Part shown: piece by piece, positions 1 to 12,523 of the stretch
How the letters are laid out: every line of letters starts with the position of its first letter
How positions within the stretch are numbered: position 1 is the first letter of the stretch
Source of the DNA: Balanoglossus misakiensis
Lineage: Eukaryota; Animalia; Hemichordata
Length of the DNA stretch: 64,000 nt
Assembly: GCA_040954595.2 (NCBI GenBank)
Contig: CM082576.2
Coordinates: 6,265,129-6,329,128 of the forward strand
Direction: 5' to 3'
Program-made: the position numbers and the translations under genes
The notes under the pieces: generated by a model
Seen by the model: the letters and a program-made list of their open reading frames with translations, nothing else
Database searches by the model: none
Told to the model about the DNA's origin: nothing

Positions 1-382
1 CAAAATTGTATTGACTTCTTTCAATTCTAAGTTCACATTTATGTGCAAGATGTGGTCTTTGGATAAAGATTGCTTTATTTATGTTTACATCACATATCTC
101 CTTTGACTTCTTCACAAAATACTCCAATTCTAAATCTGACAAATATTTCAGATATTAAAAAAGATCTCTCAATACTTAAAAATGCTGGAAATTGCAAATT
201 TCTGAAATAAAAAATGTACATTGCACTCAGAAGCACACACATATCACAATAAGTTAAAAAAAATTAATGCACAGTACAATTTCACACATTAGTTCATTTG
301 ATGAAAATGCACTTTAAAAACACACCATAAAACTATACCTGAAAGACGTAAAACAAAATCAAAATTTTTCAACCCCATGTTA

Positions 383-3300
383 CTATAGATACTCAGTTAT
401 ATTTTCATCTTCTCTGCAATAACACAGGGGAAAGTTGCAGCATGGTTGTAACCATGGATACCACAGCAATGTGGTATATGTATACTGGAGTGGGACAACT
501 TCACGTGCAGCTAGGTGGTCCTGCACAGCCCGTCCTACTGTCTTCACAATGTCCATGTATCGTGGGTCATCGTGTCCGAGCTGAGTTCGCTCTCCGGGGT
601 CAGAGGTCAAGTCAAAGACCAAAGGAGGGTCATGGTGACTGACGTGTGATCCCCAACACTGGCACACAAACTCATCAAAGCATCCCTCGGTGCCTTCAGT
701 CCAGTTTGGGGTCGTGTAGTAAACTTTGTAGGTACTTCTCCCTGTTGACGAGACGCAAGAAAATGCAGAACCATTACGACCAAACAGATGAAACCCAGAT
801 AGAACCCTGCAGTAGTCTGTGTGCCATATATTCTCGACCACAGCAACCCCCCCCCCCCCCCCCCCCCATCTCCCCGAGTCATCCACAACCTTCCCCCAAT
901 CGTCCAATCACAACCACGTTGAATACAAACCTTCTCTCGGTCTATATCTCACGGCATGCATGTAAATTCCGCAGTAATGAAACAGGAACTCATGCTCTGA
1001 TACACCTCTCTGTTTAGTCACCAACGGCATGAAGTCTTTGCCATCAATGACCCTGTCTGACGGCAGGGGCACCCCAGCCAGCTTCAGTACGGTCGGAAAG
1101 ACGTCCATGATGCTGGTTGGTTCTGAGACTTCGGTGTTGGCTGGTATAATCCCAGGGTACATCGCCAGAGTTGGCACTCGCAGTCCACCCTCCCACACCT
1201 GTGCTTTACCACCTGTAAATATCAAGATTACATACACCTGTCATCAACTGATTAAATCAACCTGAAAGCTTCTAATTGTACCATTTATAACAGCTTTATC
1301 CACTTTCATAGTACAGAGGCCCTTTCTCATGATGGCCAATTGAAGACATCTTATGCATACCTCTGAAGATACCATTATGGCCCCCTTCTCTCTGCCCATC
1401 GGATCCGCTCTCTTCAAGATGGCCTCCATTATCAGATGTCAGATACACAAATGTGTCCCCTGTTAGACCTAGCCTGTCCAGAGTTGACAGTATCTGGCCA
1501 ACACTCCAATCCGCTTCCTCAATATTGTCACCATAGCGACCGTGTCTACTGACTCCCGTGAACTTGGCAGATGTGAAGAGGGCAGTGTGAACTTTGACAT
1601 ACGACATGAACAATACGAACGGATCATTCTGGTTCTTTTCTATGAATTGTGTTGCTTCTTTGGTCAGCCGCAATGTTATGTTTTCAAGGACCAATGGCTG
1701 TTCAACAACATCATAGTTCCTCATCAGCACACAATTAACCACCCTGATTGCTTTTGTCAAGACGATGGGCGTTACCAAGACGACGCCGGCTGTGACGAGC
1801 AAGTAGATGAAAGCGTTCTTTCTCACAAATCCAAGTTTGAAAAGCAAACATATAAAAGAGAATGTGGCAACAGCTATGCATCCGATGTTCTCGTACAGAA
1901 CAGGGTTCCAGGCAGTGATAACACTTCGGCTCGTGTCCTCGCCGCAGTCCCTGATATTTGTCAGAGGAAGTCCGTAGAAGTAGTCAAAGCCCTGTTCTAT
2001 CGGATGGTGGCAGTAATCCTTGGAATGACTACAATGCATACCCATGTGCCATTTCCCTGCAAGAAGGAGAAGAAGCAAAACAGGTGAAACAAGACAGAAA
2101 GAAAAGTGATCTACCCCACATTTTTTGTGTCAGACGTGATGAACTCTTGCAATCCGAACTGGAAGTCGATAAAGAGAACTTCTATGTTACCCATCAATCT
2201 GATTAAAATCAGATGTCTCTGGTTATAGTTCATTCTCTGGGCTTTGGCTGATCTGTTCTCTGTCTTGGCTGTTTTTGGGCGTGGGTCCCCTTCTGAACAG
2301 AACAGCCAAGAATCAGGAAAAGTAAAGACGCTCTACATCTGATTTTAATCAGATTGATGCTACACGTAAAGCTCTCAAGGTTGGAGCAAACATTTGACGA
2401 AGGCAGACATTTCCAATAAAAAAAACAAGGTTAAATGGAAAAAAAATGATGAAACGTGGAGAACATGTACAAGCAGATATTTCCACCACCCACTAGGAAC
2501 CTATACATTGTTAGCTATTCTAAACCAGATTCTTTGATGACCACATTGTGGCTTCAGAGACAGACAAACACCGGATCTCCCCACACTGTGTTTGGAATTT
2601 TTAACCGCTTCTCAGAAGTTCTGCTTGTGACAGCTTGGTTCTAAATTGAAAAGTGTATCCTTGAATGAAGGTTTGCTCTTGCTCTATGTATAAAAATGGA
2701 AAATTTTGGAATTTTGAAATTCCATACAGCTGGTGAGTGGACTGTTGCAACTGGCAATTTTGAAATTTAATGATTGCAATACTGAAATACTATTGTTGGC
2801 CCACTAAATACTTCTACTGGTAGTACACAAGATATTTCTATTGACATGGCCATTGTTTTGTGACAGTTATGCAAACACTCCTACATGTGCACAGTGGATG
2901 AAGTCATAAATGGCGTACCTATTAATGCTGTTTTGTATCCGACTTCTTTCAGGGCCTCGGCAAATGTTGTCTCATTGGATGGCAGTCCGGCAGTGGCAGC
3001 AAGAAAGGGCACCATACGCAAACGACCAAACCCCAACATTCCTAACATCGGCAGAGAAACCACAACAGTACACAGTTATACTTTCACGTTTACAATCTCC
3101 ACTGACATGGTGCTTCAGTAAATGACAAAATTAATTGTTCAAAGTGAGTTATAATCTACATAAATTACACAGATGTTGCCATATGTGGATATCACTTGAC
3201 GTGACAGTGTTCACTGTCATTGTCAGTGACCTGTGTGACCTAACACATTTAATAACGTGTATCAGGTACATCATGTACTTAAGTTTACAAGCATGCAAGC

Positions 3301-3672
3301 AGTTATTAAAAAAAAAAACACTTAAAACCTCAAAATCCTGATTAAATGATGTGGTCTTTTATCAACAACTGAAAATAATTTCCTACCTGATCTGACGGGA
3401 TGTCTACCAGTGACGAATGCAGCCCGACTTGGTGTGCAGAGAGGCGCCGGTACGACATGCTGGCTCAACTTCACCCCTTGCTTGGCTATGGAGTCCATGT
3501 TTGGTGTGCGGATGGTATCATTGCCATAGCAACCCACATCGCCCATTCCCAGGTCATCCACCATCAACAGCACAAAGTTCGGCTTTTTAGCTTTTGCTGG
3601 CAAGTGTGCCAAACCGGGCGGTGCATATCCGACGATCAGAACCAAGAATGCAGCAACTATGGTGAGCTTCAT
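383..3672 (-). CDS. STS: Steroid sulfatase / arylsulfatase (STS-ARSD/E-like), 5 coding exons
   Basis: Exons 3672-3387, 3041-2919, 2056-1361, 1212-931, 741-383 join in frame at GT-AG sites. Signal peptide [14 protein letters not shown]; [12 protein letters not shown]; formylglycine motif [11 protein letters not shown]; GKWHMG; SDNG; [14 protein letters not shown]; internal hydrophobic hairpin; C-terminal [13 protein letters not shown] typical of the STS subfamily. Exact orthology within STS/ARSD/E/F is not resolved. Confidence 0.9.
2192..2359. mobile_element. MITE-like inverted-repeat element in STS intron 2
   Basis: CATCAATCTGATTAAAATCAGATGT (2192-2216) is the exact reverse complement of ACATCTGATTTTAATCAGATTGATG (2335-2359); inner IR TCTTGGCTGTT/AACAGCCAAGA; non-coding; no clear TSD. 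Confidence 0.6.
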
Positions 3673-5689
3673 ATTTAAATGCAGAGTCTAACTATCCAAG
3701 GGGCCGAGGAATCCTATACTACTTTTGTGTTCGTTGCCACAAATCATCAAAAGCACTCCAAAAACGTCACTGCCGTTAATAGGTAAGTTCCATAAAGTAC
3801 AGGAACAGCAAAGGACTAAGGGTTTCACCTACACATATTTTATATCTGCACCATAGATACTCTCAAAACTCTCAAGTGTTCAAGCTAATCTAATAATAGC
3901 TTCAGGTTTTTATTGCACTACTGCAATTTTGAAAATTCCTTCACTGGTTGATATATCTTTTTTTAAACAGCAAGATAATATTCTGTTGATGGTGGGTACA
4001 TCCAGGTGAAATGCTGTAAAAGAAAAGGGATATACTTTCCGTAAATTAAGAGTAATTATGAAAATTGCTCAGGTTGGAGTGACATATAATAATCAGTGGT
4101 AACACCAGAAGATGATTGTAAGAAGTGTATACATCATGGAAATTGAGTGTCCATATTGAACAAATTGCAGTTCTAAAATCACATGAATGGTGACGTCCGT
4201 TGGCTTAGGAAATGGAGAAGATTAAAGTTTCATTGTTAAAAATATACTAAAAGTGACAGCTTCTAAAACCAGACAAAAGATTAAAGTTAAACCGAGTATT
4301 AAGTCACTTTTGCATTGAACACTACATGCCATGATTTACATGTATAAACTTTCTTCTTCAAGGACAAAGTATGTGTTACTTAATAGTTGTACAATGTACT
4401 TTCATTGTGAGGCTGAATGTTCAATTCTTTAGAAAAACTGCCTTTGGGTAAAATGAAACTTTTTCAATGGGATCTTCTGAATAGAGCAGAACCCCCCCCC
4501 CTCCAACCCCCAGCAGTACATAATTTCAAAGCCTACACATATGGTAGATGAAACTGATCATAGTAACCACTGTTTATACGAAATGTTGACAAGCATTTTC
4601 ATAGACCCCCCCCCCCCCCACCCCCTTTGAAATCAATTTTTACACCACTATGAAAAACACCGCTGCACATGCATTGACATGTCTTGGTAAAATCATTCAA
4701 TACCATTACTATTTTTTCCCTCTTTATGTGCTTTTTTGTTTAGCACTGTTAACACTACTGGTTATAATTTTAGACCTCCAGGAGAGATTTACAATACTTA
4801 TTTCAAAAGTCATTCTTGAGATATTGTACTCACTGGCATCTGCCAAATTAGTGGAGAAAAAGTCCAGGATTGTACTTTGCATGAGAGACGAGTTCCGTAA
4901 TCATTGCCACATGTAAGGAATGCAAGGTTACAGTCATCATTTTGGATAGACAAGGCAAAACATGCACATGTACTGACTTTTGAACTTACTCTCTTCTGAT
5001 AGGCTTCAAATTTTGAGAGGGGACCTTGACCTTCCACAGTTGCTATGGCTAGTAGGTTTTCAGTTAAAAGATAGGGAAAAGATTAACTGGAGATTTTCTT
5101 GATATCTGCAATTTGTTAATTTATTGTATTATAGATTTGTAATTCTACCAGAACATTTATAGATACATGTACTGTGATGTACAGCTGTTTTGATGTTTCC
5201 ACAAATTATCACTTCAACGAACAAAGATGGAATAAACTAGCATCATTAATTATGGATGAGCATCCATTTGTAATGTTGCAATTTGTAACATTTGAAATTA
5301 AATCACACAAGCATATCTTTACTGTATTTACAGGTCACCTTGCATTGATGCAAGAAATTTACTGATGCGTCCGTTGTACATTTTTAAAACTGCTCTCTTT
5401 TTCGCAGTTTTTTTTTTTCAAGTTAACCCATAGTATGGGATGCACATTCTGGTGTCCAAATACAGATAAATGCAGTTATCTAAAGGAAGACAATGAGAAT
5501 TGCCGGTTAATGACAGTATGGAGCAAAGATGAAAGTCTGAAGGTCGGGCCACTGATGCCCTTGGTGGGAACATCGCGAGTGTCTGCTCCAAAGAGATGAT
5601 GCACTGCCCATGCCATCCTCACATAATGTCAATAACACAACCACTCTCGATTATCTCACTTCCGATGCACGTACGTCGCGCCGTTGCAA

Positions 5690-6182
5690 TGCTTACCTTT
5701 GTAGTAGTGACTATTTGTTTAAACCGTGCTGATGTGTCTTATCTTGCTTCTTACAGTTTACAGATCGGCTCATCGAGATCCGATATACAGATAACTGTAC
5801 ATATGCATGCCCAGTGTAAAGAAGAGTCTCAACGCCACCAACCACGCACCAACGATCGATTGACTGACACCGTTTGTAAATTAGACCCCTCAACTTCATC
5901 ATATTTTTGTGGGCAGCTTGACCCATGACCCCTATTTGGTAAAAATATAAATTCATACGAATAATTTAATAATCATGACAATTAATAACTGTAGAAAATA
6001 AAAGAATAGTCTAATCTTGCAAACTTGCAGCAATATCTCGGGGCAAAAATCCATTCAACTTTGACTGAAGGTGTGTCTGCCGGTCACATAATAACTTCCG
6101 GGTCAAGAGTGTACGTGTGCCTTTCAGATCGCCGCGAACTCGTTATTTAGGGCTGTTTTGTGCTCAAATTAGCATTTTATGC
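5690..6182. promoter_or_regulatory. Probable bidirectional promoter between FH and a putative STS 5'UTR exon
   Basis: Locally CpG-richer; ETS-like ACTTCCGG at ~6094 upstream of the FH ATG; strong minus-strand donor AAG|GTAAGC at ~5695 pointing toward STS. Confidence 0.4.
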
Positions 6183-9100
6183 ATGTGGGTTACTGTAAGG
6201 GTGGCACGTATTTGTACCACATATTGCCAACGTAAGCAAGGACCGAAAACATTGAACAGTGTTTCGTTGTTATTATCAGGTTCAAGAAGAACGATGGTGA
6301 GTGTAAACTGCATGCATTGACGTATGATGCTTTTTCCCCAGGTCGCATGATCACGGTCAGGGTGACCGTGGTAGCTTTGCGTGTTGTTAGTGTTACCGGC
6401 TGGAATGGACGTGCAACCGCCAGTCGGTAATAACACACAGCCTTGCAATACAGTGCTATTATGGCATATGACTATAATAGTGTTTTAACCCACGCATACA
6501 CCATGGACTACATGTGTTGGGGCTTGTTTTGCCGCGAGTCAAGCCCGATCGTGCGCTTGGCCATGGCATTAGTACTCTACTACATGTACCACTGGTCCAC
6601 CTCACACTACTTGGATGCGAAGGCATGACCATCCACAATTTGTATGGCCTATTGTATGTTGTCAGGGTTTATGATTTCCCTTTACTAGAAAGTTCTGGAA
6701 TTTGAATCCACTACTCCTGAAAAGTTTTTGAAAATTGATTTAGCAACCCATTGCACTCAATCTAGGGTCAATATAAGTTCTTTCAATCACTCAGGGAAAA
6801 TGACACTTTGACTATTAATCTTTATGCTTTGACCAATAGGGCTTGAAAATGTCAGAAAACTGTGGGGGGGGGGGGGGGAATATTGATAACATTTACTGTA
6901 TGAATCCCGATTGTTTCTGTATACAATGTACTAGTCAGAACATGAAAATTGACCATCATAATTGCACATCAACATGCCACATCAACACTTTCATTGTTTG
7001 TTGATTAATATTATAAATGGTTGTGTACCAATTCAGTTCCATGTCACATCAAAGTCAACTTTCCGAAGTCATCATCATGGTCTTGTGCCAAACTCATGAT
7101 CCCAAGGCTGTCAATATTAACAGCAATCATCACACTACTAATGTACTATCAAGATACTACTTTTGTAATCAGTGAGTTATTCAGTTTCTTGTTCTTTAGT
7201 TTGAATGTACAAAGATCACCATGCAATGTTTATCTTTTTCAACAGAGTGAATACAGAATAGAATATGATAGTTTTGGGCCAATCCAGGTGCCTGTGGACA
7301 AATACTATGGAGCGAATACGGCGAGATCTATACGTAACTTTCCAATTGGTGGTCCCAGCGAGAGAATGCCGGTAAGTCAATTTCTAGCCATATTAATATC
7401 TTTGGTGTTTTCAGCAATATCGTGGAAGTCAGCAATATTGCACACCAATATCTGTGCAATTTCAGTATGTTTGTCATGTGCCATTGAATTATGTTGATAT
7501 ATTTATTTTTCAGATACCACTGATTAGAGCATTCGGCTTGCTGAAGAAAGCTGCAGCAGTGGTCAATCAAGATTATGGATTAGACAAAGAAAAAGTAGAG
7601 TACATTGTTAAAGCAGCTGATGAGGTAAAACTACTCTTCTGAAAAGATAATCACCATTTTACATTAAATTTTGTAAATCTTTTGGCAGATCCAATACAAG
7701 CTTTGTGACAAGTCCTGTGTATGTTTTTAATGTATTTATTTGTTAGGTCATTTCCGGTGAACTGGACGACCATTTTCCGTTGGTGATTTGGCAGACTGGA
7801 TCCGGGACTCAGACTAACATGAATGTCAATGAAGTCATCAGTAACAGAGCGACTGAAATGATGGGTGGGAAACTTGGAAGTAAAAATCTCATACATCCCA
7901 ATGATCATGTTAATAAAAGCCAGGTATTTTACATTTATGAAACAGTATATCTTATGACTGTACATCTGTGTTACATATGGGTAACTCAGCAAATTTTGTT
8001 TGAAAATATTTATGTGACTAGCACTCCCTTATTTTATCCTGAAAACGTTTGGAAACCTTATTCAGGATTATAGTTTCAACATAGCTAGGAAAAATGCAAC
8101 AGCTGCTCTGAATATATGAAGTGGAAAGTGATGCAATGTCGTTAAACAGCATCTGGAACGGTTGGCATGGAGATAGCAAAGTGATTTAGTGATAACCCAC
8201 GTCATACATGTACCATAAGTATTTATGTAATTCTGAATGAGACAATCTAGGGAAAAAACAGTGCATTAGACATATTACAATGTATTAGTATACTCATCTC
8301 ACACTGTATTGTTGGAAATAATTAAAATATACAATCTATACAGGAATTTCATACTGTAAATAAATATACCTATTTTTATGCAGATCAAGAGCAATGGATT
8401 GTCATCACGGAGTCTTGTACTCTTTCTCATTTCAGAGTTCCAATGACACATTCCCAACTGCAATGCACATAGCCGTTGCCCAGGAGATCAATGAGAGGCT
8501 TCTACCAGGTCTGAAGATACTACACGATGCAATGGCCGAGAAAGCAGAAAGATTTTCAGATATTGTCAAGATCGGTCGAACACATTTACAGGTGAGAAAC
8601 AATCAGTGGCAGACGCATCTTGTGTATTTTTTTTAATGTGAAAAGTAGAATGTATAAATATGAAGGCAATGCGATAATTTCCAAAACATGTGCTTGGAAA
8701 TCGCCATTCAAAAGGCTGTGTGCATATAATCCCCTCTGGAAACAGAAGCACGCCTGGCATTAATGTACCTGATGATCTTTGCTTTCAAGGATGCTGTGCC
8801 GTTGACTCTAGGACAGGAACTTGGCGGATACGTCACACAGTTAGCTAATGGCATACATAGAGTTTGTGGAACATTACCAAGGCTTTATCAACTAGCTGCA
8901 GGTAGGTTCCCATTTCTCTGACGTTTCACTTGTGGAACTGTCCTCGCATCTTCTGACAGAGTGAGTCTGCTGAACTTTTAGACTAGACATCAGAAAATGA
9001 CGTCAGTGAGTCTATTCCAATTGCTTGTATGTTTGATTTTTTTTTTCTCTCACCAGGTGGTACAGCTGTAGGTACGGGTATAAATACACGGATAGGATTC

Positions 9101-10054
9101 GCAGAAAGGATTGCTGCCAAAATTGCTGAACTTTCAAGTATGAATTTGTATTTTCATCTTTCTTCACTCAGTTTCAGTGTCATTTGAGCAGTTATTTTTG
9201 ATAACTATAGCACTGGTTTTGATCTTCTTCAAATGGTTCTGAAAGTTACTTTTGGCTAGGACCATGGTTGACACATTTCTTTCTCCACACATAGATCTGC
9301 CATTCACAACAGCTCCCAACAAGTTTGAAGCATTAGCTGCACACGATGCTCTGGTTGAAGTGCACGGTGCCTTGAATGTTGTAGCCTGTAGTCTGATGAA
9401 GATCGCCAATGACATCCGTCTGCTGGGATCGGGACCTCGTTGTGGCATCGGCGAATTGATTCTGCCGGAAAATGAACCTGGCAGCAGTATTATGCCAGGT
9501 ATGCATACCAGTGTGGATTTTCCAATTTTTTTCACACGCTTCAAAGTAATGTAAAAGTTCATTTATATCATGGACCTAGAAACTAATTTTCTCTTGCTGG
9601 CGTTCTGTTGTCTGTTTCTCCTCTAGGAAAAGTCAACCCCACTCAGTGTGAAGCAGTTACCATGGTTGCAGCCCAAGTGATGGGCAACCAAACTGCAGTG
9701 ACGATCGGAGCCAGCAACGGCCATCTTGAATTGAACGTTTTCAAGCCGATGATCGCGGCCAACGTGTTGCAATCGGTGCGTCTCCTTGGCGACTCCTGTG
9801 CCTCTTTCTCACAGAACTGCATCGTGGGACTGCAACCCAACGATGTGCAGATCAACAGATACTTGAAGGAGTCTCTCATGTTGGTCACGGGACTGAATCC
9901 GTACATTGGTTACGACAAAGCAGCTGAAATTGCCAAGTTGGCGCACGCCGAGGGCACTACCCTGAAAGAGGCTGCCTTGAAGCGAGGCTATCTCACTTCG
10001 GAACAGTTTGACAAGTGGGTGAGACCCAAGAACATGATTGGACCACGAGATTAA
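6183..10054 (+). CDS. FH: Fumarate hydratase (class II fumarase), mitochondrial precursor, 9 exons
   Basis: Exons 6183-6296, 7246-7371, 7514-7624, 7747-7923, 8436-8591, 8790-8901, 9057-9137, 9295-9498, 9627-10054. Motifs [40 protein letters not shown], and signature [16 protein letters not shown]. Exon 1 is basic, lacks acidic residues and looks like a targeting peptide. AATAAA at ~10216. Confidence 0.96.
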
Positions 10055-12523
10055 TTCCAGATGTTTTGATGGCTCCCACTTGGTTTATCGGAGTGAGCTT
10101 ATGGGATCATCTTGCGTCTGTGTGTTTGTTTATACGACTGTCCACTTCAAAAATTTGAGAACCACTGCAAATATCACCTTCAAGGTGGTAGGTATTTGGA
10201 TAGTAAACAATTGTGAATAAAATAGCTATATTTCTTTGTTTTTGGTTGCTGTGAACTGAGGTTTGCAGGGTTCTTGGAAGGGTCTCTTTTGTTGGAAATT
10301 AATCATTGTGTGTCCAGATATACAACTGATATGTGCCATACTTCTGATCAAATGGGAGCACAGTGTCCTTGACGCTATATTTGTATGGTAGGATTTGAGA
10401 GACAAAGCTCAGATGAGCAGAAAACTGGTGGTGCATTTGTGTGACATTTCATTAACAACCGTTTCATGTCACTGCTGCACAGACAAAACACTGCACAGAA
10501 ACTAAAGCTTGTGACAAGACAATAGCCACTCAAATCGTGCATTGTGACAATGGTTTTGGTTTGGAATTCTACAGTAAATGGGTATTCAATTGCGTTACTT
10601 TGTTTTCATGTGGTTATATAACCCTAAACAAATTGTCGTTTTTTTTAATTCTCCCAAAGAGACAATTATTCCTTGGATATTTAGACATGGTGCCTTTAAT
10701 CCTCCATTGTTTCCATCAGTTTTTGTGTGCATATCAACAAAATCATCAGCTTTTTAAGAAAAAAAATTGATTACACCACATTGACGTGATTATTTCCAAT
10801 AATTGTCTCAGTGGTGAAGAGAACAGAGGCTGATGGTGTTTATTTTTATTTGAAGTCTACAGGAGCAAATTGTGGTTTTAAAATAAATTCTATGAACTGT
10901 CATAGCAGAGTTAAGAGGTTTTTATTCTGGACAAGTTGCTATCTAATCCTTCCAGAACATCTTTTAGATTTTTAATACCCACAACGGTTCTGTTTGTGTT
11001 TCATTTTGAATATGTTATACTTTGCTTCTTTTACTGATCAGGAGAAATGTTATCTTGTAGATTTCCTGAGGATGGTAAACTGCCTCTATTACATGTATCT
11101 TTTCAAATACGAGTGGGTATATCAAAATCATTTCTTGTAGCATGGTTCACACAGTAGTAAAGTGTGTCTCCAATCATTTTCTCCTTATGGTCTAGATAAA
11201 ATCTGGAACACAATGGGAGTCACAGTGGAAGATGTCGGGACTATAGAAATAGTGTTAAAAAGTTACTATTACATGTACTTGACATTAAAGATGACTGCCA
11301 TTATGCTGTGAAAAAGAAATTATTCATTTTCCTGACTGAAAAAGTAATGTCAGTGGACATCTGAATTGATTAATAATGACAAAAATTCTTTTATATAGAA
11401 GTTTGAAATCAGTGAAAGTCCGTGCCATGGACATAAGATGTCCAAGATTATGTAGTACTGGAACAAACATCTATTTATTGCAATTATTTGGTGTGTGTTT
11501 TTGTCATCATTAGAGATTTCTGGTACTGGTGATGAACCTAATATAAGATTGTGATATTTTTTCAAACAAATGACACTTTTCTGGAAGCTTTCTTGTCCGA
11601 TATCGAGAATGTTCAACATGATGTCACTGGCAGCATGTTCCAGTCATCCAAGTCGGCTAAAAAGGAGAGCGCCCTCAAACAGTGCAATGTGCATCTGGAG
11701 CACTGGGGGAAATCGCGAGACACAATTTCTGGAAAATCTATGCAGTGGTAATGGCAAATAAAGACAAATATTCTTCTATTACTTGATGTCTTTGTGTTTG
11801 ATAATGGTAATTGTGTGCGTAGTTTTTGAAGAGTATCCTGTATGGAGTTCAGATGACCGACTTACAGTAGAATATAATGTTAGTTCTAAACTTCTAACAG
11901 ACCAAATAGCATATAAAAATTACCACTCGACAGAGTTGAAATTGATTCAATTATATCTCTGAAGCATTTAATTATTTATACACAAGGTTATCACTGAAAT
12001 ACTGGAATCAAATATCACTGCTTCATGCAATATAAATTATGTAAAAAAAATAAAAATGTCACCCAGGGTACCATATGTCCTGTACTATCCTGTACTAATT
12101 TAATTTGCACACGAACTGACAAAGACAGATATGTTAAATCTACAACAATCTACAGCCTATATGTATCTTACATAGAAATCTTCGCATTCCTAACTCAGAA
12201 ATTGATTATATGTTGATTAGCCAATGAGAATGCACCACGCAAACTTCTCCAACCTCTGAATCTGCAGGAGGGACTGCGATCGGGAAATGAATGATTCCAA
12301 CTGCCATGATTGATCCAATCTGCTGATGGTGGGTATTCTCTTCAATACAATGCTTTACATCAGTCTTCCCTTGCAGTTACTTTTTTCCATCCTTAACTCC
12401 ATTAACAGTTGACTTCTGACAAACTGTACGACCACACATGAATGAATGCAAAAATCTTTGCTCTCTCTCTCTCTCCTCCATATAGCATTCAAAATATCAT
12501 CGGGTCAGTGGCCTTTTTTTCTC

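Noticed and set aside
847-867. Poly-C/G runs (also ~4607, ~6864, ~28182, ~60636) and the resulting poly-Gly/Pro ORFs
   Set aside because: Intronic or intergenic homopolymers of unreliable length; no evidence of function.
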